A DNA stretch of 63,935 nt, the filler included, from Craspedostauros australis (taxonomy: Eukaryota): the NCBI GenBank assembly GCA_030167865.1. It is 10 parts of 10 records of this genome, joined end to end, with 100 filler letters (N's around TTAATTAATTAA, not from the genome) between each part and the next. Parts side by side here need not be neighbours in the genome. Positions count along the whole stretch, not along the records: positions 47,961 to 53,252 come from JALAGF010003820.1; positions 53,353 to 57,947 come from JALAGF010003821.1; positions 58,048 to 62,568 come from JALAGF010003822.1; 7 more parts are not named here. One strand, written 5' to 3'. Positions 49,446 through 60,119 of the stretch are shown here, piece by piece. The position numbers were made by a program, and so were the translations under genes. Within the stretch, counting starts at the first letter, position 1. Every line of letters begins with the position of its first letter. The notes beneath the pieces were generated by a model. It ran no database searches. It was not told the origin of the DNA and saw only the letters and a program-made list of their open reading frames with translations.

Positions 49446-52400
49446 TCAGGCCAGCTGCGAAGGCAGCACTTCATCCGACTGAGCTGTTGGTGCAACATCC
49501 GTGATGCCATCTCCAACGCCCACCAACAGATGCTGGGGTCCGTGCTCCATGAGCCGCGCAGCATCATCCAGGACGGGCTCCCTCACCGCTCCCATCACGC
49601 CGCATTTCTGGTGCAGCACGCCGCTCACATACGACCGCACCAAGGTCAAGTGCGCAAACGTATCGTGATGACCCGAGATGACGGACTCGTCGATGACGCA
49701 TCCATCCGCGATGGTGATGTGCGTCGGCTCGTAGGCGCGGCAGGCGAAGTAGAGCAGGCGTCCCTCCACCTTGATACCCTGAAAGCGCAGGACGCCGTTC
49801 ATCATGGGCGTTCCGGATAGCACCCAGGTGAACGACCAGATGGAAACCGACCAGCAGAACGACTGGTACACCATGTACAAAGCGAGGCACCACGGCGTCG
49901 TCCGCTTGTCGGTTCCTAGGAACGTGATGCCTTCCAGGATGCGCAGCAGCACGGTCCACACCGCGGACTGAACGATGATGCATGCCACGACGGCTGGAAC
50001 TGCATCGGACGGCGTCTGCGGCTTGATCAGCCTCATCCACAGTTCGTAGGCTGGGATGAAGCTGCCTGCTACCACCACTAGCATGATGCCGTACAGCAGC
50101 GTATTCGTCGCCATGAGCAGCACATGCTCACAAAGTGACAAAGGCACGTTGCGCGGATGACGCTCCGACCGCACCACATTCTCCGTGATGTGCGTTTGTG
50201 GTGGCACCACCGAGTTTCGGATCTCCACACCTGGTTCGGCAACGGTCATGATGCCGATGCTGCTGTCTTCGACGGTGATCTTGGCATACTCGTTGCCATC
50301 CTTCACGCACGGGTTGAAGACGGAGATGAAGGACCGTCTCACGGAGACGAGGTCCACCTTGGACGGGAAGAATTTCTCTGCGAACACCTTGGATGTCAAA
50401 TCAATGTCCATGCCAAGAGCCATAAGGATGAGATTCCAGATGATGGAGTTGAAAGTCAGTCCGTAGAGGATGAAGCACCCAAGCGTGAAATGAAAGTCAC
50501 ATGCCCAGTCTGCAAACTGCGAAATGACGCTGGTGCTTGCTTTTCCGGGTCGCTTCTTCCCGATGAGCACCCATTTGAAGAGGATACTTGACATGAGAAG
50601 GAAAGAAGATGTGAGCCCAAATAGCACAATCCAGTATTGCAACTTGGAGTATCGCCAGATTGGGAGCTCATCGCGGACGAGAATGTCGATGGTCAGAAAG
50701 CAAGTGAATGCAAAGTACAGCTCGATGAGCAGCCAGATAATCTTCATGGCGCCCAGTGTGATCCATTGGGAGTCGTTGCTCGGTCCTGCGGCATCCCTGA
50801 CCCCACCGTTCTCACCCTGTGGATTGTCGGCATTGTTCCGTGGGTCCGTCACAGGAACGTTGACATCGATAAACCCAGGATTCCCTTTGATCACAGTGTT
50901 GGGAGGTGCTTGGGCACCTTCGACCAGCACTGCGAGGTTGCACACATGGCAGGAGGATCCAACCTTCGCGCCGGGGCACAGAGTGCCGTCGACCGTCGCA
51001 TTGGCTCCGATTTGGATCTTGCGGAACCTCATGCTGGGGCCCAGCACGTCGTCTTCCCAAGCGCCGAACATGCGGCATCGGATGGCTTGGGTCACTTTGG
51101 CATGGGCACCCATCGTCACGAGATCAAACTCTCGGATGCATGAGTCGATACGCGACGATCGATGAACGTTTGCGCCCATGAGATAGCAGAATACTGTCAT
51201 GAGCGGCGTTCCCAAGACGAAGCGGCCAACGAAAAGTTCCCACAAGTGCATCAGCCGATCTACGAACCACCATCGAAGGAAATTGATGCTCGTTTGGTGG
51301 ATACGTCCCTCTCGATATCTGCCGATGACAATCCATTTTGCGAGAACAACCTCGATGGTGAGTGTGAGGGACCAGAATGGGATGACGAGTGGGTACCACA
51401 CCCAAAGGTACGGGGAGAAATCGATGAAGAAGAGCACATGAGTGCGGTTGTCGTTGACCAGCACCCTGCCGATCTCAAATGCAGGAATGATGGGCAACGC
51501 GAAGATGAATAGGACGGCGAGCGCGCCGATGGCCTGGATGAAAGCGACGGTCGGTTGTGCCAGAGGCTTCTCGTTTCGCACTGTCTGGATCCTTTTGAGC
51601 GTTGGGAGGTTGGTCGGAAGCGGCTGCCCGATGGATGCTTCGAGGTAGGTCTTGAGATCAAGAACCGACGGAAACATCTCGAAGCAGTTGGGGGGAATGA
51701 CGGTGTTGTATCGCCGTGCGAGCGACTGCCGAAGCTCAAGCTCCATCATGGAGGATAGTCCGACATCTTTCCATTTGTCTTCGGTCTTGACTTGTGACCC
51801 AGTGACATCCTTCACGATCTCGTTGAAGTCCATATCTTTGATGTCGAGGTCTTGGATACAGGACTTCCGCAACGAAAGACGCTTCGATTGAGATGCCAGG
51901 TCGCCATCGCGTACGCTAAAGAAATTAGACTTTCCGATCACGTCCAGCACCATCTTCTGCGTTCCATCATGAAGACGTTCGCGGTTGCGTCTTCGTTGAA
52001 TCTTCCCGCTAGTCGTCTTGGAGATGGTGCGCTCTTCCACAGCCGTTACGGTTGCCGGTGTCAACCCAATCCCTTCCATCACAGCACGCTTGATCTCGTT
52101 GCAGACCGCTGCTGCTTCCTCGGCATGAGACGATCGAATCTCGAACACGATTTCCAACCGCCCATCGTTGCCTGATTCGTCTGATGAGAATGCCGCGACG
52201 CAGCCAGGACGGACAGCGGGCGATGCCTCTTCGACAGCATGTTCAATGTCCTGTGGGTAGTAGTTGACGCCGTTGACGATGATGATGTCCTTCTTTCGTC
52301 CACAGATGTAGAGATAGTCATCTTGGTAGAAACCGTAGTCACCGGTACGGAGGTATGTTTTGGCTGGAGCGCTGCTGTTGTCGCTGCCGTTACTGCTGCT

Positions 52401-53252
52401 CGTGTTTCCGTCTGTGCTGCCGCTCGACGTTGCGGTGTCATCAGCTGTGTCGCTCTGCAACAACACTGCTTGGAATGTTTCCGAAGTTAGGCCAGGCTGA
52501 TTGTAGTAACCAGCTGCCACCGACGGCCCTGCGATCCACATCTCTCCCGTTGAATTGTCTGGCACGAGCTCACGTGTCTCTGGGTGCACGATGATGATAT
52601 CAATGGAGTGGTGCAGAGTGTCACGATGGGCGATGGCCACGAATGGATGGAGATCTTCGCGTTCACGGATGGATGATACCTGGAATCCCTGCTGATAGCT
52701 CACGCCAACCACGTTCTCCGCCAGACCGTATCCGGTCATGAACCACTTCTTGCGCAAGCCGTGTGGGCTGAATGCTGCGGAGAACAGTTCAGTCGTATCC
52801 AAGCGGATGGGTTCCGCAGCGTTTTGGAAATAGCACATGCTGGATAGATCGAGGTTGGGGATAGGATCCGAGCGATCACCTCCTCGTGCCTTGGCCTCAT
52901 TGAACTTACGAGTAACCAGTCTGTAGCCAAAGTCGGGAGCGACCGTGAAATGGCACTTGTGCTTGGAGATGAGATCCATCCAAAGCAATGGATTGCGGAT
53001 GAAAGAGACCGGTGACATCATGTGCGTACGGAAAGCGCCCGCCAATGGGACGATGGTCAGCTGGATCAGGCCCAGGTCGTGGTACTGCGGCAACCATGAA
53101 AATGTGGTGATGCGCTCGGGCAACTTACTCATGTCACCCAAATCATGTTCAAGGCACTCCAGCCAGCCACTGTGCAACAGTTCAGCGTTTGCTCTCAATG
53201 CATCGTGGGTGACCATCACACCCTTCGGGTTTCCCGTGCTTCCAGATGTGTA
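49446..53252 (-). CDS. Fatty acyl-AMP ligase - carrier protein - Pls-type membrane terminal domain fusion (5' end cut by gap)
   Basis: YTSGSTGNPKG, SWLPQYHDLGLI, AAEPI, YGLAE, LRTGD, YPQDIE, KTTSGKIQR; carrier motif DVGLSSM; three modules of paired TM helices plus beta-rich repeat with KWIVIGRYREG..FLRWW and FKWVLIGKKRPG. Confidence 0.85.
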   Translation of the reverse strand, partial: YTSGSTGNPKGVMVTHDALRANAELLHSGWLECLEHDLGDMSKLPERITTFSWLPQYHDLGLIQLTIVPLAGAFRTHMMSPVSFIRNPLLWMDLISKHKCHFTVAPDFGYRLVTRKFNEAKARGGDRSDPIPNLDLSSMCYFQNAAEPIRLDTTELFSAAFSPHGLRKKWFMTGYGLAENVVGVSYQQGFQVSSIREREDLHPFVAIAHRDTLHHSIDIIIVHPETRELVPDNSTGEMWIAGPSVAAGYYNQPGLTSETFQAVLLQSDTADDTATSSGSTDGNTSSSNGSDNSSAPAKTYLRTGDYGFYQDDYLYICGRKKDIIIVNGVNYYPQDIEHAVEEASPAVRPGCVAAFSSDESGNDGRLEIVFEIRSSHAEEAAAVCNEIKRAVMEGIGLTPATVTAVEERTISKTTSGKIQRRRNRERLHDGTQKMVLDVIGKSNFFSVRDGDLASQSKRLSLRKSCIQDLDIKDMDFNEIVKDVTGSQVKTEDKWKDVGLSSMMELELRQSLARRYNTVIPPNCFEMFPSVLDLKTYLEASIGQPLPTNLPTLKRIQTVRNEKPLAQPTVAFIQAIGALAVLFIFALPIIPAFEIGRVLVNDNRTHVLFFIDFSPYLWVWYPLVIPFWSLTLTIEVVLAKWIVIGRYREGRIHQTSINFLRWWFVDRLMHLWELFVGRFVLGTPLMTVFCYLMGANVHRSSRIDSCIREFDLVTMGAHAKVTQAIRCRMFGAWEDDVLGPSMRFRKIQIGANATVDGTLCPGAKVGSSCHVCNLAVLVEGAQAPPNTVIKGNPGFIDVNVPVTDPRNNADNPQGENGGVRDAAGPSNDSQWITLGAMKIIWLLIELYFAFTCFLTIDILVRDELPIWRYSKLQYWIVLFGLTSSFLLMSSILFKWVLIGKKRPGKASTSVISQFADWACDFHFTLGCFILYGLTFNSIIWNLILMALGMDIDLTSKVFAEKFFPSKVDLVSVRRSFISVFNPCVKDGNEYAKITVEDSSIGIMTVAEPGVEIRNSVVPPQTHITENVVRSERHPRNVPLSLCEHVLLMATNTLLYGIMLVVVAGSFIPAYELWMRLIKPQTPSDAVPAVVACIIVQSAVWTVLLRILEGITFLGTDKRTTPWCLALYMVYQSFCWSVSIWSFTWVLSGTPMMNGVLRFQGIKVEGRLLYFACRAYEPTHITIADGCVIDESVISGHHDTFAHLTLVRSYVSGVLHQKCGVMGAVREPVLDDAARLMEHGPQHLLVGVGDGITDVAPTAQSDEVLPSQLA

Positions 53253-53353
53253 NNNNNNNNNNNNNNNNNNNNNNNNNNNNNNNNNNNNNNNNNNNNTTAA
53301 TTAATTAANNNNNNNNNNNNNNNNNNNNNNNNNNNNNNNNNNNNNNNNNNNNG

Positions 53354-56300
53354 TTCAGCCTCAAGCGGAAATCGTCGAGCGACGTCGATGCCGTCGGCAG
53401 TATCGATGAACAGCACATCACCATCGTGTCTGCTCCCGCAGATGGCGACGATGCCGGCGATGATGCCGACTGGGCCGAACACTCGGAGCCCCTGCGGCTC
53501 TCCAAACGAGATGCGCATCGCAGTCACCAGTCCGGCGACGTAAGCAGGGCGTCCACCACGAGCACCACAGAAATGTCCGTCTCCAGCGCGTCGGATTACC
53601 AATCATCCAGGCGGGAAAGCAACCTCAGAGGCTCGATACTCATGCGCAACGTCTCGCAACGCCCCGTCCGAATGCTCAGCATCAACGCCAATCGATTGAG
53701 GGAGTACTCTCACGAGCGGCTGGATTTCAGTCGGATCAGGCTCGTGGGCAGAAGCGAGGAGATGAAGACACTGAACCAGATGCTGGATCGTCACGTCTCC
53801 GAATACGCGCAAATGCCTTCCGCGTCGTCTACCTCAGGCCGCGATGCTCCCACAGAACGGCCGATGCCGAAGCTTGCCCGCTCTCAAAGCCGGCGTCATG
53901 AATCGCGTCGCAGCCTGGCGCTGTTGGCCGGCCTGTCCGGTTCGGGCAAGTCCATGCTGGCTCATCAGCTGCAGCCCGAGGCGGTGCGACGCAAGCTCTT
54001 CTTCGTTTCTGTCAAATCGTCACTTGTTCGTGCCAGGGCGGGAATCGAACCCGCACCCTCCCGGGGAGGACAAAAGTAAATCCAGTACTTCACGCGTCCC
54101 AGCGCTCCTGACACGTTCGGTACAAGTGAGATATATATACCCAACAGCAACAGTTGTCAGTTTCCACCAAGTTCGAGAACAATCAGAACGACCAACAGCC
54201 GCTCGAGAGCGTGAGGTCGGCCATCAGCAAGCTCTGCTTCAGCATCGCGCAGTTGCAGCACGATACGGCGTCGGCATCAATTCCTTGCCCGGCCGCATCC
54301 AAAAGCCGCGAGCAGCTGCGCCAGTTCCGGAAGGACCAGTACAAGAGGTTGAAAACGGCGATTTCGAGGGGATTGGGACGCACGGCACTCGCCGTCCTCT
54401 CGAAGCAGGTGCCGAACCTCGTTGATATTGTGGGGACGAAGCATCGTCCACATATGAACCCCGAGAGCGGCAGAGGCGAGGGCACGTTCAGCGACTCCTG
54501 CAGCATCGGGAGCTTCTCCACCATCAGCGACTTGCATCATGCCGAACGTAGCACGCTGGATTACGGCAAGCAGGCAGATCAGCTCCGATTCGCCATCATT
54601 CGGTTCTTCCAGATCGTCACGTCCATCACACCCATCGTCTGGATCGCCGACGATCTGCAGTGGGCTGACAAAGCCTCGATGGAAGTCATCGAGAAGTGCC
54701 TGCTGGATGGCAGAGTCTCGTCCCTCATGGTCGTGGCCACCTATCGATCCAACGAGATCTCCCACACACTGAAAACAGCCTTGGACAAGTTGAAGGCGAC
54801 GCATCACGAACGATCGCTGCACCTGGCACGCATCAACGTCGACGATTTCAGCACCGACAACGTCAAAGAGCTGCTGATACAGCTGCTCGATCCAAAGTCT
54901 CCACGCATGGTCGACCAGCTCGCCTCCACCATCTACGAAAAGACCCACGGTAACGTCTTCTTCATCCAGCACTTCATCCGCATGCTGGTCGACAACGACT
55001 TGCTCAACTACAACATCGGCCTGACGAAGTGGTCCTGGAACGATGACAATGTTCGCAAACGATCATCGGCAACGAACAACGTCCTCGACCTGCTCACGGA
55101 CAAGTTGCAACACTCCGAGGAGGCGCACATCGTGCTCCCGCTCATGGCGTGCCTGGGCAACACCACCACCGTCGACATGATCCGCCGTGCCGTCGAAGGA
55201 TTCTCCGAGCATTCGGGACACTCTGACTGGTTTCGCAACATGTTTGGCCAGTCGCCCCTTGACGTGGCCAAGGAGCTATCGATGATACTGGACACGTGCC
55301 AAAAGGAAGGCTTCATCTTGCAATCCAGCCAGCAGTACAATGTGGTTAGCACAGCGTCTCCATCAAATTCCGGTGAAGACGAGAAGAACGCAGCGGGGGA
55401 TAACGATAGTGGTGCCATCAACCAGCGAAGAGAAGCATCCAACCAAGCCATCGCCAGGAATCTCAACGCTAACCCCAACGCCAGCACCAACGCCAACGCC
55501 AACGCCAACACCAGCGTAGATACAGATATAAACACAGGCGTGGACACAGGCATGGACGCAGGCACTGAGAAGTCCGTTTCCTTCGTGCATGACAAAGTCC
55601 TGGAAGCTGCGCTCAACCTCGTGCCTTCCGACAAGCTCCCCGAGCTGCGGTTCCGTATCGGCGAGATCTTCGTCGAGAGCCTCGACGATGAAGACCTGCG
55701 GGATTCCATCTTCGTCATCGCCAACCTCATCAATTCTCGTCTCGATTTGCTCCCGGCGCATGTTGGATCACGGTGCCATCCCTTGCGATTCCGCGTGTCT
55801 CAGCTCAACTACCAGGCGGGATGTGATTCCGTCGCATGCGCGTCATTCCGAATAGCTGCAGATTACTTCAAGCATGCCATCGAACTGCTGCCAAACGATC
55901 ACTGGGTGGGCGAATACACAATGTACTCGGTCCGTCTCTACACAGCTGCCGCCGAATGCGCGTCTGTCAATTCAGACCTACGCTTGTTGGAGGAGTACGC
56001 GCAGCCAGTGCAAGATGCGGACTGCCCGCTAGCAGACAAGATGCGAGTCTATCACGTGCTCCTTGGCACGGGGAGGAGGATCGCAAAGCCTGGCGATGTT
56101 TCCTTCGAACCGATCGCACTTGGTCTGGAGACCTTGCGCAAGCTAGGGTGCCGGCTTCCGAAGAGTAAGGCAATGCAAAAATTCGCGACGATCACTGGCC
56201 TGATCGGTCTGTCGTCGAAGGTGAAGAACAAGTGGTCGCCTGCCGTGCTAGAAAAGCTCGAGATTACAACGGACAAAGAGGCGCGTGCCATCATGGTGAC

Positions 56301-57492
56301 GTTAGACACTTTAGGCGACGTCTGTTACATGATGCAGCCCGACTTGATGCCGCTGATGATTCTGGAGAACGTCCACCAATCTTTCAAGCGTGGCCTCACC
56401 ACGTGGTCGCCTCCCGCATTGGCCTACTCCGGCTTGATCATCAATTGGTTCTTGGGGAACGTGAAGGCAGCCACGGCCTACGCTGAGCATGCCATGAAGT
56501 TATTGGAGGAGATGGATTGCCGTGACGCGGAGAGCCGGACCATGGTGACGGCCTACCTCGGGGTTTTCCATTGGACTCGGCCCTTCGCCATTTGTCGGCC
56601 CGAGCTGATGAAGACCTACGAAATCGGAATGTCAACAGGCGATGTGGATGCTGCCGGATGGGCCATCTTTCAGTTCCATTACATTGGTGTGTACACTGGC
56701 AGCAACCTACGACAAATGGAAGAGGGTTGTCTGCTGTACACGCAAGTTATGGATGATCATGGCATGGTGAGGCAAAGGGAAGTATTCCGTATGCTGCAGC
56801 AGGTCATATTGAATTTGCTGGGACGGTCACCTCATACGACGATGCTCAAGGGTGAAGCCTTCGACGAAGACGTGTCGCTTCCAAAGTACAAAGAAGATGG
56901 ACAGGACCTATTGGTCCTGGGCACCGGCAGTAACAAACTACAACTGGCCATGTACTTTGGAGAGCTCCAGCTTTGTGCGGACTTGTCGCTAACATCCTTT
57001 CCAATTATCATGAAGAACGCCCCAGGACAACCGGTCATCGTCTACGCCACATTGGCGGCTGCATTGAGCTGCAGCTACGCAGCGGGGAAGCATTCTAAGA
57101 AGCACAAAACGTACAAACAGTACAAGGCAATCGCCAAGAAGAGCCGGGGGCATCTGGAGAAATGGACTCGGGAAGGATGTCCCAACACGGATCACTTGTT
57201 GGAGATGGTCAACGGTGAACGATTCGGTTGGAAAGGGAAAACCGGGGTGGCGTATGCCCATTTCAAAGAGTGCATCCGCTTGTCAGGACGGAGAGGGCAG
57301 CTCAACATTCAGGCTTTGGCCAATGAGAGGTTAGCGGAGATGTGGCTGCGGAATGGAGAGCACGACGATGCTTCCTATCATTTCGACGAGGCACTGAGAT
57401 TGTACGGAGAATGGGGCGCACCAGCAAAGGTGCGGATCCTGCGAAAGCGATTGGAGGCGACGGGGATGCTGCAAGTAGACGCATACGATTAA
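53354..57492 (+). CDS. STAND-class P-loop ATPase with helical TPR-like C-terminus (COG3899/AAA_16-like), interrupted by a 150-bp insertion; 5' end at gap
   Basis: LVGRSEE, Walker A GLSGSGKS, Walker B WIADDLQWAD, THGNVFFI, FVHDKV, QALANER...YGEWGAPAKV; removing 54010-54164 fuses the two ORFs as LFFVSTKFEN. Confidence 0.88.
54029..54114 (-). tRNA. tRNA-like cloverleaf with long variable arm, anticodon position GGA (Ser-like); probably element-borne and not a translational tRNA
   Basis: Minus strand: GTGTCAGG/CCTGGCAC acceptor, GCG-CTGGGA-CGC D arm, GAAGTA-CTGGATT-TACTTT anticodon arm, CCTCC-CCG-GGAGG variable arm, GCGGG-TTCGATT-CCCGC T arm. Confidence 0.75.
54131..54139 (-). promoter_or_regulatory. 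TATA box upstream of the tRNA-like sequence inside the element
   Basis: TATATATAT beginning 25 nt upstream of the cloverleaf 5' end. Confidence 0.55.
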
Positions 57493-58093
57493 GTGTTAAA
57501 CGAGCCATCAAGATCAGATACGGGCACGTCCACATCACGAGAGAGATTGTGATATCAAGTCCAGCAGTGGACTCGGGGGAAGGGATTCCTACCACAACTC
57601 AGAAGGAAATTGTGACGCGGTTTTCGCCATTCTACTGGTGGTCTCCGAAATTCAAGAAGTCCAACGAGTTCTGCCGCAATTGACACGATGGACAATATGT
57701 AGTCTGAATTTAGAATCCAAAAATGTAACGAGACTTCGTGAGTCGTCGTGCGTACTCGTATGTATTACAGAGATTTGTGGAAGCGCCGTCCATACAGCCG
57801 CATCTCCTGTCGTCGCTGCCGGCGTCTCATTCGGAGTTGTTGCTGCTGTGTTCGTAGTCTTCGTCGTCAATACAGTCAGCTTTCATTTGGTACAACAGCA
57901 CCTTCAGCGCTCTGTCCGGATCAATCGAAAGAAATGACAATGGATTTNNNNNNNNNNNNNNNNNNNNNNNNNNNNNNNNNNNNNNNNNNNNTTAATTAAT
58001 TAANNNNNNNNNNNNNNNNNNNNNNNNNNNNNNNNNNNNNNNNNNNNTGGGATTGGGACAGCTGCATCGACGAGTACTTACTTCGAGACCATC

Positions 58094-59744
58094 ATGCAAC
58101 GATGTTCGCGATCCATCAATGTGGTGGAAGGTGAGATGTTCTCGACTGTGTGCTGGGGCACGATACAGCAGCTGGTCAGAGCACCTCGGTGCACGGTGCG
58201 GTTGGATTCGCAGTATGTTTGCGACGGCTCGCCTGATGCGAACGAAGCAACGCAGCGGGCACTGCCGACGCCCAAGTATTTGGCGCAGCAAGTCATCCAG
58301 CATCACTTCACACTGGATACGCTCAACATCATGATCATTGGTGCGGGACCGGTGGGGCTGCATCTGGCCAACGTCCTCAACCACGTCAAGGAGAATCAAT
58401 CGATCCGCATCCTCATGTTCGAAAAACGGGTGGAGCGTCTGGGTCGCAATGAATCCTATTCCAGAGATTGGATCACCGAGATCGGCTTCAGCACTTGTAC
58501 GCAGGGAGATCCGCGCGTCGTCAACTACCTCGACGAGGTCGTGATGCGGAAAGCGACCACGAATACGACCGTTCATGCTGAGAATCAGAGCACCAACAAT
58601 GCTGCTAGCAAGGATGCCGCCAAGAAGGAACGCCTTGTCAACTTGCCACCCATGGTCATCGAAACGCTCCTGCTGCTCTCCAACCGCGATCTCAGCGTCA
58701 AGTTCCTCTTTGACGATATTCGAACACGCTGGCATCTGCTTCAGGATGTGCCGAACCTCATCGTCTTTGATGCCTCCGGTCATCGCATGGACACGTTTCA
58801 GCGGACTGGCACGAAGGTGGACACCGACAACCGTTCCTTTCTGGGGCGCATCCTGTACACCACGGATTCGCAACGGTCCATCGACGTCACTGAATGGTCG
58901 CCAGACTTCACGTTCAACACCGCCACGACACCATACAAGTGGCAGTACATAGATAATACGGACTACCCGGTGCTGAAGGACCTCAACTTCTTGCCGCGGA
59001 TTGTAACAGAAACAACAACGCAGAACACTGTGCTGTATCCGATCACACCAGACGGCGATGCATTCAAATTGTGCATGCTGAAGCTCAACGACGTCCGATT
59101 CGCCAAGCAGGCGACAGGGATCTACAGCACCTGGAAGACTTACATGAAGAGCGTCATGCAATCGAGCCACCCGCTCTGCACCGAAGAAGCATGCGGCGAG
59201 GCCGACGGCTTCGATTGTGACACATACTGCAAACTGGCCTGGGGATGGGAGGCCTCCAAGCACTACCGGCGCGACATTTACAACCGCATGAAGGTGGAAT
59301 GGCCCTACTTCTCCACCATGTGCCATGTGCGCCGTGGTGTCATTGATACCAGATCAGTTTGACGTCTTCGATCAATTCTTTCAGCTCGGCATGGCAACCG
59401 GCAGGCCCATCCAGAAATTGCCCATCGCGGCCTTTCAGCACAAGACGGTGTTCGAGGAGAACAATCTGATCCAAGCACTGCAGTACTTCCGCGCCCATTC
59501 CGGTTTCTCCTATCCCATTGCAAGCACGTTCTCGTACGCACCGTACATCTACAACGATGTCGTCGTTCCGTTGACCGCAACGACCGATGCCAGGATACGC
59601 AACGCGCCGGTGCTGAGAATCGGTGATTCATTGTCGTCCAGCAACGCAAATCTTGGTAACGGGCTTAGTCAGCATCTGCAAATCATTGAGAAGTTTACGG
59701 ACAACTTGCAGTCGTTCCAGACACCACACCGGAGCATACAATAA
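58094..59744 (+). CDS. FAD-dependent oxidoreductase/monooxygenase-like protein split over two frames near 59325-59362; 5' end may lie in the gap
   Basis: Rossmann IMIIGAGPVGLHLA..FEKR, VFDASG, and in the second frame VLRIGDSLSSSNANLGNG (GD motif). Confidence 0.65.
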
Positions 59745-60119
59745 GAAGGTGGACATGTGTCCCTATTAGCACTGCTTCAGATCAACTCTTCGAAGCCGGG
59801 GCAGATGTTGGTGCATCCAATGAAAAATGTGGAATGCACTGTGAAGTTATTGTATATCTTGGGACGTGCGTTATGTAACGCATTGCATGCTCTACGGGCA
59901 GATAATATCGCGTTGGAGGTATGTCTACAGACACTGTGTGTCGCATAGTCCAATTTCGCATGTTCGAGGCATCCTCATATGTAGTCGTATCTTCCGCAGT
60001 CCACCACACCACCGCTCTATTCCCAATTGGATGCTTCCAGTTGTCCATAGAAGGAGGTATGCTGGATGTGCAACACAGCAAGGAACACAGATGCGGGAGC
60101 ATTGCGTATCCAGCCAGCA

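Larger units (their letters stand above)
54010..54159 (-). mobile_element. Solo-LTR-like 150-bp element with 5-bp TSD GTTTC, containing a tRNA-like sequence
   Basis: GTTTC at 54005-54009 and 54160-54164; termini TGTCAA...TTGTCA (TG..CA, 5/6 inverted); excision restores host frame. Confidence 0.85.

Noticed and set aside
57992..59326. Long antisense ORFs (here 444 aa; also 46588-47916, 33392-34399)
   Set aside because: Shadows of real genes on the opposite strand caused by codon bias
47961..59744. Methyltransferase, FAAL synthetase, ATPase and flavoprotein as a biosynthetic gene cluster
   Set aside because: Spread over three contigs; only the UbiE-like gene and the synthetase are truly adjacent, and the former looks like a housekeeping quinone methyltransferase
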